From Chrysomallon squamiferum (taxonomy: Eukaryota; Animalia; Mollusca): a stretch of 64,000 nt of DNA. The position numbers and the translations under genes are program-made. Every line of letters begins with the position of its first letter. Positions within the stretch are counted from its first letter, which is position 1. Positions 39,201-55,121 of the stretch are shown piece by piece. Location: contig CM022675.1 of assembly GCA_012295275.1 (NCBI GenBank), positions 4,464,001-4,528,000 of the forward strand. Direction: 5' to 3'. The notes beneath the pieces are model-generated. The model was not told the origin of the DNA and searched no databases. It saw nothing but the letters and a program-made list of their open reading frames with translations.

Positions 39201-40087
39201 CTAGTGTTTTCTAAATTTTATTACAAGTGAAATGCTTTACATGAGAAATAATATGTGTGTCACGATAACAAGTAGCCGTAATAAAAGAATTAATGATGAA
39301 GACTTGTGTAGAATTAGTTTTAGAAGGTCAGGTAGGATTTTTGTTTGGGTTAGGGTTAGGATTAGTTTTAGGGTTAGGGTTAGCCATAGAACTAGGGTTA
39401 CTTAAATTTTATTACAAATGTTATGCTTATCAAAGAAATAATATGTTTGTCGTTATAAGAATAAGCCTTAGTACAAGAATTAATGTTGCTGACTTGTGTA
39501 GGATTGCTTTTAGAAACTGAGCTACGGTTAGGGTTAGGAGTAGGGTTAGGGTTATCCTTAGAGCTAGGGTTGCCTAAGTTTCATTGCAAGTGTTATGCTT
39601 ATGTGACCAATAATATGACTGTAAAGATTGGAAGTAGCCTTAAATTCAAAATTAATGTTGCGGACTTGCGTAGATTTAGTACTAGATGATGATCTAGGCT
39701 TAGGGTTAGGGTTAGCCTTAGACCTAGTGTTTTCTAAATTTTATTACAAGTAAAATGATTTACATGAGAAATAATATGAGTGTCACAATAACAAGTAGCC
39801 ATAGTATAAGAATTAATGTTGCAGGCTTGTGTAGAATTAGGTATAGAAACTGAGGGTTAGGGTTAGGGTTAGGGTTAGCCATAGAACTAGGATTACCTCA
39901 ATTTTATTACATGTGTTATGCTTATCTCAGAAATAATATGTGGTATGATAAGAAGTAGCCTTAGTACAATAATTAATGTTGCTGACTTGTGTAGGATTAG
40001 TTTTGGAAGCTGAGCTAAGGTTAGGGTTAGGGTTAGGATTTGGTTTACGGTTAGGGTTACGGTTAGCCTTAGAGGTATGGTTATCTA
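36281..40087 (+). repeat. Same TTAGGG composite satellite, about 21 units of about 150-230 nt, with three-monomer higher-order periodicity
   Basis: Three spacer variants (tttatgc.tatgtgaccaa / tgaaat.ctttaca..aga / tgttatgcttatc) mostly cycle a-b-c from about 37200 to 40085. Confidence 0.95.
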
Positions 40088-40380
40088 ATAGTAGAAGTTA
40101 CTATTGTTTTTCTTGCTGTTATTATTATTAACTATGTTACCAATATTTCATGTTAAATATCCATTAAACATTCATTAGAAATGATTTTTAAAAAAAGTCT
40201 GCTTTTTACCGTTTAAATATGATCGGCATGTATAAGAAATAAAAATTCTAAAATCCCTATTAATCAATAAATAAAACGTAAATAAAATATAACATTTTAA
40301 GTTATCTCCCCTAGCCTTACACATATTTCAAATGACTTGAAGTACAACAAATACATTAATTTAAATAAATAAAAACTTAC

Positions 40381-40447
40381 TTAGTCTTTCTGCACCTGTA
40401 ACCTGATTGTAGATCGTAAATACAATCACTGCTTTTAGTAAATTCAT
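40381..40447 (-). pseudogene. Orphan leader exon I (MNLLKAVIVFTIYNQVTGAERL); possible alternative first exon for copy B
   Basis: 67-nt exon with intact ATG and gtaag donor; its intron runs into the TTAGGG satellite at about 40085. Confidence 0.75.
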
Positions 40448-41075
40448 TATTTCTTTTTGTGTTCTTCTCTTTATTTTTATTTACGAAACTTCTTACGCAA
40501 GACGATATAAAAACAGGTTTGTTTAAACGAACCAGGAAGTAGATATTAATATAAAGAAGAAAACAGGTCATGAATCTATTTGTAAATAAAATATGTCACT
40601 GAAACGTTCAGCCCACACACCTAGCAACCTGACAACACAAGTTTATCAATGAATGGATATTACAGAAAACACTGTCTGTAATGTTGTGTTGGTATAATTA
40701 TAAGTGATACATCCATTTTACTAATGTAAGTAGCTTGAATTTATTTAAATACTAACTTACTTTATTTTTATTTTTGTATATGAATCTGTCTTTGTACATA
40801 AATACACAAATATATACATGTACACATGCATGCATACATTCATAATACATAGCTGCATACATACATACTTCTAAAGAGACCCACATACAAACACACCAAA
40901 ATATAAATACGTACTGAGTTTAATTTCACAGGCACACTTATGGTCACTTTATTTGGAGACTTGAGGATGTCTCAAAGCTGATAAATTATGTGAAGATTTG
41001 GATATAATGACATAGTGTCTTATTTCAAAATACAACCTTTGACCTTTTACACGCAACATATCAGTCTTAGTGGCG

Positions 41076-41178
<103 letters not shown>

Positions 41179-41801
41179 TAATAATAATAATAATAATTAA
41201 ATAAATTGTTACAGTTATTGTTAATTTTATTTTTCTTCTTTGTTCTGAGAACTAATTTTGCAATTGGTGGTTCATTTATCAACATGCATTTACATACTTT
41301 AAGATCTTATATCTTTAAAAAAATATATTACTTTACAAAAATAAAAATAAGTTAATAAATAAAAAGGTTAAACAAATATGTTTATTAATAAACCCAGTTT
41401 ATCGCTAGATTTCTCTTATTTTATGTTTTTAATATCAATCATGATGATTGTGTTCAGGCGCTCGCACGAGACTGTCATCATCTAGCCGCCATCTTGAAAT
41501 GTTATCATCCATTGCAATAAGAGGATGATCTATCTGCGGGCATGGCATTATCTTTTTCCCGAGTGAATCAAACATTAGAAATATTTTCTGAAATTTTGAG
41601 GAATTTTTGCATATTTCCTGTAACACATTTTATAATAAACAAATGAAAGAAATGGCGATTTGGTTTCAAATCTGATTGGGATCAGGGCCGACAACAGTTA
41701 TTATTTTACATTTATTCTTATTTTATTTATTTATCTTAAAAATAGCTCATTTCATTTCAGTGTGTTCCTGTGCATGCGTTGTGTGTGTATCTGAGAGATA
41801 T

Positions 41802-41903
<102 letters not shown>

Positions 41904-42321
41904 TTAGATATATATAATTATTATGCTTTACTTTTCCCTGTGAGAACCAGACTACTGACGTCACTGGAAGACACTGGTTACGTTGTAAAATAAACGTCAG
42001 TAAGTGTTTTTGGTCTTTTCACTTTCATTTTGGCCACGAAAGTAAAAAGGTTAGTCCGAAAAAGTACAGATGCAGGTTAGGTAGATATTTCTCCATTGAT
42101 GTAATGACATAACGTGTATTAAGTCCTCTGTTATATCTGACTGATTTTGTTAGCTTGAAAAATCGAAGTGAAAATGACGTGTGGAAAATGAGATATTTAT
42201 TAGATGATGGAAAAAAGAAAAGAAGAAAAAAGGTGTTAATAAATAAATAAATAAATACAAATAATACAGTTCTGATGTTGTTGTTCCTGTTGGAGGTTGT
42301 CTCTTCATGGTGTCGTAGTCT

Positions 42322-45733
<3,412 letters not shown>

Positions 45734-46449
45734 TATTTCTTTTTGTGTTCTTCTGTTTATTTTTATTTACGAAACTTCTTACACAAGACAATATAAAACC
45801 GAGTTTTGCTAAAATCAGCTAGGAAGTAGATATTAACTGAAAGAGGAAAACAGGTCACGAGTGTGCTGAAGGTAAAACTTGTCAGGTGAAAGGTTCAGCC
45901 CAGACAGCTAGCAGCCTCACAATAAAAGTTCATGAGTGAATGGGTACTTAGGTTACAGAATACACTGTTTCTCATTTTGTGTTGGTATAATTATAAGTGA
46001 TACGTCCATTTTACTAATGTAAGTTGTATGAATTACATAAATACACACAAACATACATACAAATATAAGGCATACATACACAAATACATAAATACATATA
46101 TGCATGTCAGCATCCATACAAACATGCATATATACATAAATAGATACATACAATCAAATATATATACGTAATGCATACATATATAACGAATATAGACACA
46201 ATATATAAATCCATACATGCATAAATCCATACACAACTCCATGCATGTATGCATATACAAATAAATACATACATATATGTATACATACACACATCCAGAC
46301 ACACCCACGTACATTTATTTTCATACAACTCTATTCCCAATTCACATTCACATATTCTGAACTTAGTTTCATTAGACACATACATAATTTCAACTTCTTT
46401 TCAGAATCACAATTTTCATAACATATTTTCATATTTACGGCTATTCCAA

Positions 46450-46900
46450 GCAAATTTTCACATAAACACATATTTCCATCTTATGCTTAGATATATATAT
46501 ACCTATTTCCTGCTTATTTTCACATAAACAGCTATTCCCATTTTATTTTTATAAACACTTATTCACAGTTTATTTTCATGTAGACGTATTTACAACTTAT
46601 TTTCATGTAAACGTACTCTGAGCTTATGTTTCATGTAGACGTATTCTCAGCTTATTTTCATGTAGACGTATTCTCAGCTTATTTCCATGTAGATTTATTC
46701 TCAGCTTATTTTCATGTAGATGTACTCTCAGCTTATTTTCATGTAAACGTACTCTCAGCTTATTTTCATGTAGAATATTCACAGCTTAATTTCATTTAAA
46801 CGTATTCACAGCTTATTTTCATATAGACGTATTCACAGCTTAATTTCACGTGTATTTCCAGCCTCTTTTCATAAACACGGGTTTCCAGCTAATTTTCAGG
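46450..46900 (+). repeat. Expanded copy of the 27-bp minisatellite
   Basis: Same unit as 21940-22255 with more copies, at the homologous position upstream of leader F. Confidence 0.85.
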
Positions 46901-48271
46901 CTGACCACGTAAGATTACAAAGAGAACAGACAATATTAGATTCAAAACCAGTGTCTACTTCAGTTCTTTTCAAAGCTGATAAATGCAAGACATTTTTCTA
47001 TAAAACCCCACAAAACTAACCAAAAAAAAAACAACATCTTTTCACCTGTCATATGTGTTTAGAAACAATTAAGTTTGTAAATTTCAAGCACTTGTGTATT
47101 GTTGGTTGATTACAAACATATCATTTTATCACTAATATACAATGTTTGAAGATCTGTGCAATATAAACAATGGAAACCAGCTGTTTTGTTACAGAATGAT
47201 TTTGAAACATAAAAGTCTGGGTGGGGTATTACCTGGGACAGACGATTACACAAGTAGAATATCTCAGTTTTATAACACTCAGTTATACAGAGAATGTTAA
47301 TACTAATTAAACAAACAGCTGTAATTAATTTAGATCATCTTCACAGTTCGCTACGTTCTACCTGTAATGTAGTTAATATATCTTTAAAATTCTTTAAATA
47401 AAAGTAATCTTTGTCTGCAGACAAATACTTTAAATTCATTCAGTTTCAAATTCTGCTTGTCTGTTCTGTGATTTTCATTTGAAGATTGTTTATAACAAAA
47501 TCAAGTCGCTTGTGTTGTTCATGTTTAGTGATGACAGTCACTCTTCAAACAACAGAAATATTTGTTTCACTTTGTTAAACTAGAAACCAGGTAGTAATAA
47601 CATAAAAACGTGTTTTGTCACATTTTTGTACTCACCACGTTTTAGAACTAAATTTATGATAAATAATATATTTCAAAATCTCAGTAGAAACTTGTCATTA
47701 GTTTTAAAACTGATGTTCTGAACTTTTAATTTTACATATTTTGGGGGGTTTTAAGTTATTTATTTAGTTATATCCTGTGACATTTTCTTTAAATATCCTT
47801 GATTATAGACGGCAAATGTGTTTGTATTCAATTTACAGGTCAATGTAAATTAGGCCACACGTTTTATATTAGTTTAATTACGGAAAAAGTGCAATTCAAA
47901 TTCACAGGATGTCACAAATAAAAATACAATTTTCCAGTTCAGGTTTACACTGTTTGTTTTATTTAATGATGATCTGCTGTCTCTAGTGAAACATGCAGTT
48001 TAACTCTTAGCACGAGTGTAGCTGGTTTGGATCGAAGTGATCTCGAGAATATCGCGAGTTTTACCAATCATTAGAATGCGGAGCGCAGTCTTAAAATAGC
48101 GGAGAATACACACACAGTTACATAATATGGTTGTCACCTACGTCATAATAATATCTCCTGTGTGTTAATGTCATATTTTATCTTTCTTGTTCTTTCTTTT
48201 CCCCTCCCATTGGTTTTAATATCACTAATACATAGTTATTGCTATCATCATCATCATCATCATCGTCATTT

Positions 48272-48305
<34 letters not shown>

Positions 48306-50133
48306 ATTTACATTATTAAATATATATGATCTGTGAGAAATGTGTTACTGATAACACTGGTTTCAGATGATAGTCACTGTGTTAGTTAAAGTTTGCTGTT
48401 TGTTTGTAGTAATCAATTAACTGAAACTTTAGTCTGTTTTTTTTTAATGATGGACCCAGTCTGTGAAGCCTCAGAAGCAATCATACCAATATGGTGAGAC
48501 ATCAAGAACGACTCTCTCACAAAAACAGTTAAAATAAAATTAATATATTACATTACACTAAGTTTCACAGTTGTATTTCCCTCACAAAGTCTGACTTCAC
48601 TGAATGCAGCTAAAAAACAAAGCTGTAGTAAACCTAGGTTCTTGAAAATCAACTTTTAGAATGTTGAAATGTTGAAATGTAAAATAATATAAACCACATA
48701 AACACGAATATACCTCTAGAAATACATCGTATATGTGTGTGTGTGTCTGTGTGTGTGTGAGAGAGAGAGTGTGTGTGTGCCTGTGTGAGAGAGACAGAGA
48801 GTGCGTGTGCGTTTGTGTGTGTGTGTGTGTGTGTTTTTGTGGCGATGTAATTTTTTAAGGCTCAAATTTCAAGGACCCCTTCTGAAGCGAGATTATCTCT
48901 CGAAAACAGTAAAGAGACATTATAGAAATTTTTCATCAAGCTTTTCTAGTACTTTCGGGTGACAAAACATTTTATTACGGACAAACAATTGAAGCTAAAA
49001 TATTTAATTTGTGTTTGGTCGAGGCTGTTCATATGAAGAAAACTCGTAGACAAAAACTCGAGAACGTAACAAGTAGTGTATGAACGATGTTCGCGATACA
49101 CGTTCAGAGAAATACAACAAAATGGCAGCTATGCCAAAGTACTTCCAACTGAGATTAAACCTTTTTCTTCAGACTACAAGGTAACACTCGTGCAATAAAC
49201 ACAAAGATAAGACTTCAGATTTTCCATTTATCCATTTTTTATTCAAATAGCACTTGAAACATAGACTAAGTCAAACGTTGGAAAGACAAAATATATAGAT
49301 ATGGCGAATGATCAGTTTTAATAACAGCAAGGTTTACTGTATCACAGTTAAGTTAATAGTAAAAATGTTAGTATAAAACAGACTTCGAGTACGAAACAGA
49401 AAATGCAAAATGTATATGAAGGATTATTCAAATAAAATATTAAAATATCCTTAGTTGATTATTTAGATTCATTATATAATATAATATAAAGTAATGTAAT
49501 ACAAAGATATATTTTTTCTCATACATTTCACTATATATACATATATAATAAAACATGCAGAAACACACACACACACATATACATACATACATACATACAT
49601 ACATACACACACATGCATAAATATACATATAGTTTTCACGTACAATAATATTTATTATAAGTTTGTGTATGACGTAAAGTTAGCTACATCTACTGGAAAA
49701 CTGTAACACATCACAATCTCCAATGTAGGATTTCGGAATTTCGAATAACGTACCCTTAAACTGTTATAAGTATAATAATAATAAAAATAAAATCAGCTAG
49801 CGAGGATTTCTTCAACGGACACAATTTTGCATCAGTGCAGATTAATACTTAAAAGGTTAGTGTAAGAACAGATTTCACATGTCACAGAAATAAGGTAAAA
49901 CATAAATCACACAGACGAAAAGTTCAGTTAGATTTTAGGATAAAGTCAAATACAAAATACAAAGAAACAAATAAAAATACAAATAATGCGAACAAAAAAA
50001 AGCGGAATTAACTATTAACATAGTGTTTACAGTAACAACAACAACAACAAAATAAGTCAATCAATAATAAAATCTCAAAAAATAAGATTAAATATTAAAA
50101 CATAAAAATGGGATGAAGCACTGTTAATACATA

Positions 50134-50237
<104 letters not shown>

Positions 50238-50330
50238 GTGGTATGAGACACTTTTAAGATGGATTTCAAAAAACTTTGTATCAACAAATTTTGTATCAAA
50301 ATATCGATCGAGTTACTAGTGATATTCTTT

Positions 50331-51201
50331 TCAATCAGAATTTTCCAGAACAAAATAAAAATGTCCGCTGCCTTCAGAAATGTTGTCGTTGTTGTCGAAC
50401 TTGACGTGGACGTTATAAGAGATTTCTGATTTCCTAGTGGGAATTTGATTGTTAGACGAGGCAGTTTGTCTACACAGACTGGGCTGTGGTAAACCGGAAG
50501 TAACAACATCAGCGATGTCGTAGAGATCACTGTCAGGTTGGTCAAGATGGTTATACACTTCTGATGTTGTTGTTGATGTTAGAGGTTTCCTGTCCATGGT
50601 GTCGTAGTCTTCAGAATCAACAAGGTGGCTGTAGACGTCGGATACAGTTGCAGTTGTTTTTTCTTTGTTTGTGCTGTCGTAGTCGCTGTCATTGTCGACA
50701 CCAAGCCTGTTGTAGACATCAGACGTAGTTGTTTTCTTTTTCTTATTACAGGTATCGTAGTCACGGTCGTTGTCACCTGCAAGGTGTTTGTTCACTTCAG
50801 ATGTTGTAGTAGTTGCCATGTTGATATCCGCTGTGTTGTAATCTCCGTCGTTGTTGTCAGCAGTAGATCTGTTAATGGGAAGTGCTTTAACATCTGCCTT
50901 AACGTCTGCGATGTCGTAGTCGTTATCATTTCTGTGTTCCATGTTGATAGTAACTCCGTTTGGGACGTTGTAGTAAACACTGTGGTTTCCTTGATTTTCT
51001 GATTCAAACTCATAATCTGCCGACGTCGATGTGGTTGTTACCTCATAACTCAGATTTGCGTGGCCACGTTGTAAATCTTCAGCAGAGCTGATTTCATTGT
51101 TTCGTTTGTTAAAATTAATTCTTGATTCTGGTAACTTCTGAGTTTTAAAACAAAATCGATGTGTTCTGGGGAAAAATTAAATTCAAAAATTTTAAAAATT
51201 G

Positions 51202-51250
<49 letters not shown>

Positions 51251-51419
51251 AAAACAAACACACCGACATATATACAAACATATCGACATTCAAATATGTG
51301 AAAAAATTGTATTGCTATTGTTATTGTTATTATTTTTATTTAAAGAACAAAAAAAAAAAAAAAAAAAAAAAACCGTTTAGTCCACAGTAAAATGAGAATT
51401 ACGACAATTAAAACTACTA
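50331..51419 (-). CDS. Receptor copy C, partial (TM end plus full-length long tail); ectodomain lost in or beyond the gap
   Basis: TM exon remnant 51419-51374 (VVLIVVILILLWTKR). Tail exon 51165-50331 is open throughout, with SVYYNV, DYDIA, DYNTA, DYDTC, DVYNRL, DYDST, DVYSHL, DYDTM, EVYNHL and LYDIA, and ends GHFYFVLENSD*. Confidence 0.85.
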
Positions 51420-51619
51420 NNNNNNNNNNNNNNNNNNNNNNNNNNNNNNNNNNNNNNNNNNNNNNNNNNNNNNNNNNNNNNNNNNNNNNNNNNNNNNNNN
51501 NNNNNNNNNNNNNNNNNNNNNNNNNNNNNNNNNNNNNNNNNNNNNNNNNNNNNNNNNNNNNNNNNNNNNNNNNNNNNNNNNNNNNNNNNNNNNNNNNNNN
51601 NNNNNNNNNNNNNNNNNNN
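51420..51619. other. Scaffold gap (200 N) that cuts the TM exon of copy C
   Basis: Fixed-length N run; the true gap must be larger if copy C has an ectodomain. Confidence 1.
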
Positions 51620-52510
51620 CTCTAGTAAGAAATTTTAAATAAACATGACTATACATCTAGAAAGACGTGTGTGTGTGAATGTGTGTATGTGTATGTGCGT
51701 GTGTACATTTTGTGTGTTGTGACGTCAGTTAAATAGTCCAAAAGCTATGAATGTTTTTATGTTTAATTTCTTTTGGTGATGTTTGCACACAGCTGTTGTT
51801 TTGAGGAAATCTGTAACTTCAAACGCTCGTTCTGAAACGAGGTAGAGTCTCAGTCTGAATCCTTGTTATGTTATGTTCCAGAGTTCGGAGAAAACATTTT
51901 GTTTCAGAAACAAGTTTGGATTTGCATTTGTAGTTGGAGACTCTGTAACTTGAAAGACTCGTTTTGAAACGAGATTACGTCTCGAAAATTGTTAACAGAC
52001 TTGACAGAATTTTTCATCAGGTTTTTCTACTACTTTCGGGTGAAAAAAACTTTTATACTGGACAGAGAAATGAAACTAAGATATTTCATTTGTGTTTGGT
52101 CCAAACTGTTTTTATGAAGAAAACTCGTAGACAAAACCTCGAGAACGTAACAAGTAGTGCATGAACGATGTTCGTGATACCAGTTGGATAAACCATACAA
52201 AATGGCGGCTGTTCCAAAGTAATTCAGTTGAAATTAAAACTTTTTCGTCACACTACAAAGTAACACTGGTGCAATAAGCACAAAATTAAGAATTCAAATT
52301 TTCAATTTATCCAGTTTTTATTCAAATAGCACTTGAAACAAAGAATAAATCAATCATTCGAAAGTCAAAATATATCGATTTACCTGATGGTCCATTTGAA
52401 TAGTAGCGAGGTTTACTGTATGACAATAAAGTTAGATTAATATTTAAAAGTTATTGTAAAACAGACTTCGAGTACGAAACGGAAAACAACAAAAATAAAA
52501 GCATAGACAA

Positions 52511-52577
<67 letters not shown>

Positions 52578-52892
52578 TAACAAAACAAAAAAGTAACTGT
52601 TAACGTGGATTTTAGAAAACACTTCCTTCAAGCGACAAATTTTGCATCAGCGCAGATTAATACTAAAAATCTTAGTATAAGAAGAGATCTCTCATAACTC
52701 AGGAACAAGATGAAAAATAAATCGCACTGACATCGTAGTTCCATTCTGACGTAGCAAAATCAAGCAATGTGGTAGTTTGACCGTCAGGTTGGTTAAGGTG
52801 GCTGGCTATAAGGTTCTGATGTTGTTGCTGATGTTGCAGGGTTTCTGTCCATGGTGTTGTAGTCTTCATAATAATCAAGGTGGATGTAGGCG

Positions 52893-55080
52893 TCAGGTAG
52901 CTGTCCTCTTTTTGCTTGTGCTGTCGTAGGCGCTGTCATTGTCGAAACCAAGCTGGCTGTAGACATACGACGTGGTTGTTACCGTTTCCTTATCGTAGGG
53001 TTCATAGTCACCGTTGTCGTCCCCAGCAAGGTTGTTGTAGATGTTAGATGTTCGAGTTGTCGTATCTGTTGTGTCTATGTTGTTGGAGTCTCCGTCAAGG
53101 CTGCCTGAGAGATGATTGTCCACTTCAGACGTTGTAGTAGTAGCTGTCTTGATATCCGCTGTGTCGTAGTCTCCAGTAGATGTGTTAACGGGAAGTGCTT
53201 TAACGTCTGCGATGTCGTAGTAGTTATCGTTTCTGTTTTCCACGTTGACAGTAACTCCGTTTGGGACGTTGTAGTAAACACTGTGGTTTCCTTGATTTTC
53301 TGATTCAAATTCATAATCTGCCGACGTCGATGTCGTTGTTACCTCATAACTCGGATTTGCGTGACCACGTTGTAAATCTTCAGCAGAGCTGATTTCATTG
53401 TTTCTTTTATTAAAATTAATTCTTGTCTCTGGTAACTTCTTAGTTTTAAAACAAAATCGACGTGTTCTGAAAAATGAAGATATTATTTAGATTTAAACTA
53501 ATACTAAGTTAGTTTTATTATACGAGTTTCTGTCGTGACGACTCTGATAATTCAAAGGAAAAACTATTTTACATTTCAAATTAAACTAAAGATTAAGTGA
53601 GAAAAATAACAGTGAAATATATAGATTATTTTATTACTTTCGTTCATATCCTATTATATCTTTTACTTTTTATACCTTTCTTTCATTCATTCATATCCTT
53701 CTCATTCTTTCATCCCTTTTTCTTTCTCTTTCTTTTGTCTTAGCATTTCTAACAAACATGATAAACAACACAACATTTTTCTTTCTTTTTCATTCATTAA
53801 TTCTTTTTTCCTTCTCAATGTTTTCTTTCATATTTGAGCCTATTCTTTTTTCTGTTTTTTTCTTCTTCGAGAATTTCATAATTTTATTTAATGATTGATT
53901 ACAACAAATTCTCACCGTCTAGACCAAACTACAACGGCAGCAATGACCAACACCACTAAAATAACAGCAGTGACGCCACCACCAACATATGCTGAAAATA
54001 ATTATACAATAACAGTACAAATGTTTTTATGTATGCATATATGTATATTTTTTTTTATTTATGTATTTATTTATGTATTTATTTATTTATTTACTTATTT
54101 ATTTCTTTATTTCTTTATATTTTTCACTTAATTTTGAAATAATATTAATTTTGACACAAATATAACGCTTTATAATGACCCCTTTTCCTAATAAAATTAT
54201 ATCAAACAAATTACAAAAAATATTTATAAACAATAATATATTAAGTTAAAAAATTTAAAAAACTAAAAATTAAAAAAAGAATATTAAAAAGAATACTATT
54301 AATGAAAATATATTTAATTAATTTGAATAAGGTTAGCAGAATAATCCTAGTAAATTGACAAATAGCTAGTATAATAAACTTAGTAAATTAAAAACGAATA
54401 AAATAATTGTTGCAAATTAAATAAACCATTAAGCACAGACAAACTGGGTAGAAAAATATAAATAAATAATCTTAATTAATTTAAACAAATCTAGTAAATG
54501 AAATTTAGTCACAAACTTAATAAAATAAATTTAGGGGAAAAAAGTAGTAATTATAGCTAGTAAATTAAAAGTAGGAAATAACTTGGTAAAAGTTGTACAT
54601 AAATTTAGTAATAAAAACTACTAACTTAAATCCAATAAACTAAAACAGTTAAATATTGTTTAAAATAAATAAATAAATAAATAAATAAATAAAAACTAAT
54701 AAAATATATCTAGTAAATTAAATGTAGTCAAATAAAATTAGTTGAAACTCTTAAAACAAAATAGTAAAATTAAAACTGACCTGATTTGTTTGATGAATGT
54801 TGAGTCTCAGCGGATTGTTTCCTTGTAATTACCTCCCCTGATGTTGTTGGTTCAGAAGCAGAAGAAAAAGTCGGATTGGAGAAAAGTTTGTAAGTTGACA
54901 ATTTTGACGTAGCTGCTGCTGTTGTTTTTGGGGACAGTTTTGCAGGCGTTGTCACTGATGTGGACATTGCTACTGGTTTAGTAACATTATCTGTAAATGT
55001 ATAAAAAAGATTGTCTCTAGAAGACATTTTTTTTTTGTATCAAAGACTTTGTATGTCATCTTTTAACTTTATTATTATTT

Positions 55081-55121
<41 letters not shown>

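Noticed and set aside
36281-40087. True telomere, or NP/LG/VR-repeat proteins from the ORF track
   Set aside because: TTAGGG tracts are short, interrupted and flanked by genes on both sides; the ORFs are translations of the satellite.
41430-41700. GC-richer patch with gccgccatcttg (YY1-like) as a promoter or gene
   Set aside because: No supportable exon or TIRs; most likely a repeat fragment.
50625-51013. Antisense and alternate-frame ORFs over the tail exons (also 12922, 29926, 42337, 53112, 62471)
   Set aside because: Shadow frames of the ACA/GAC/AAC-rich tail; the Tyr-motif frame is the one in phase with the TM exon.
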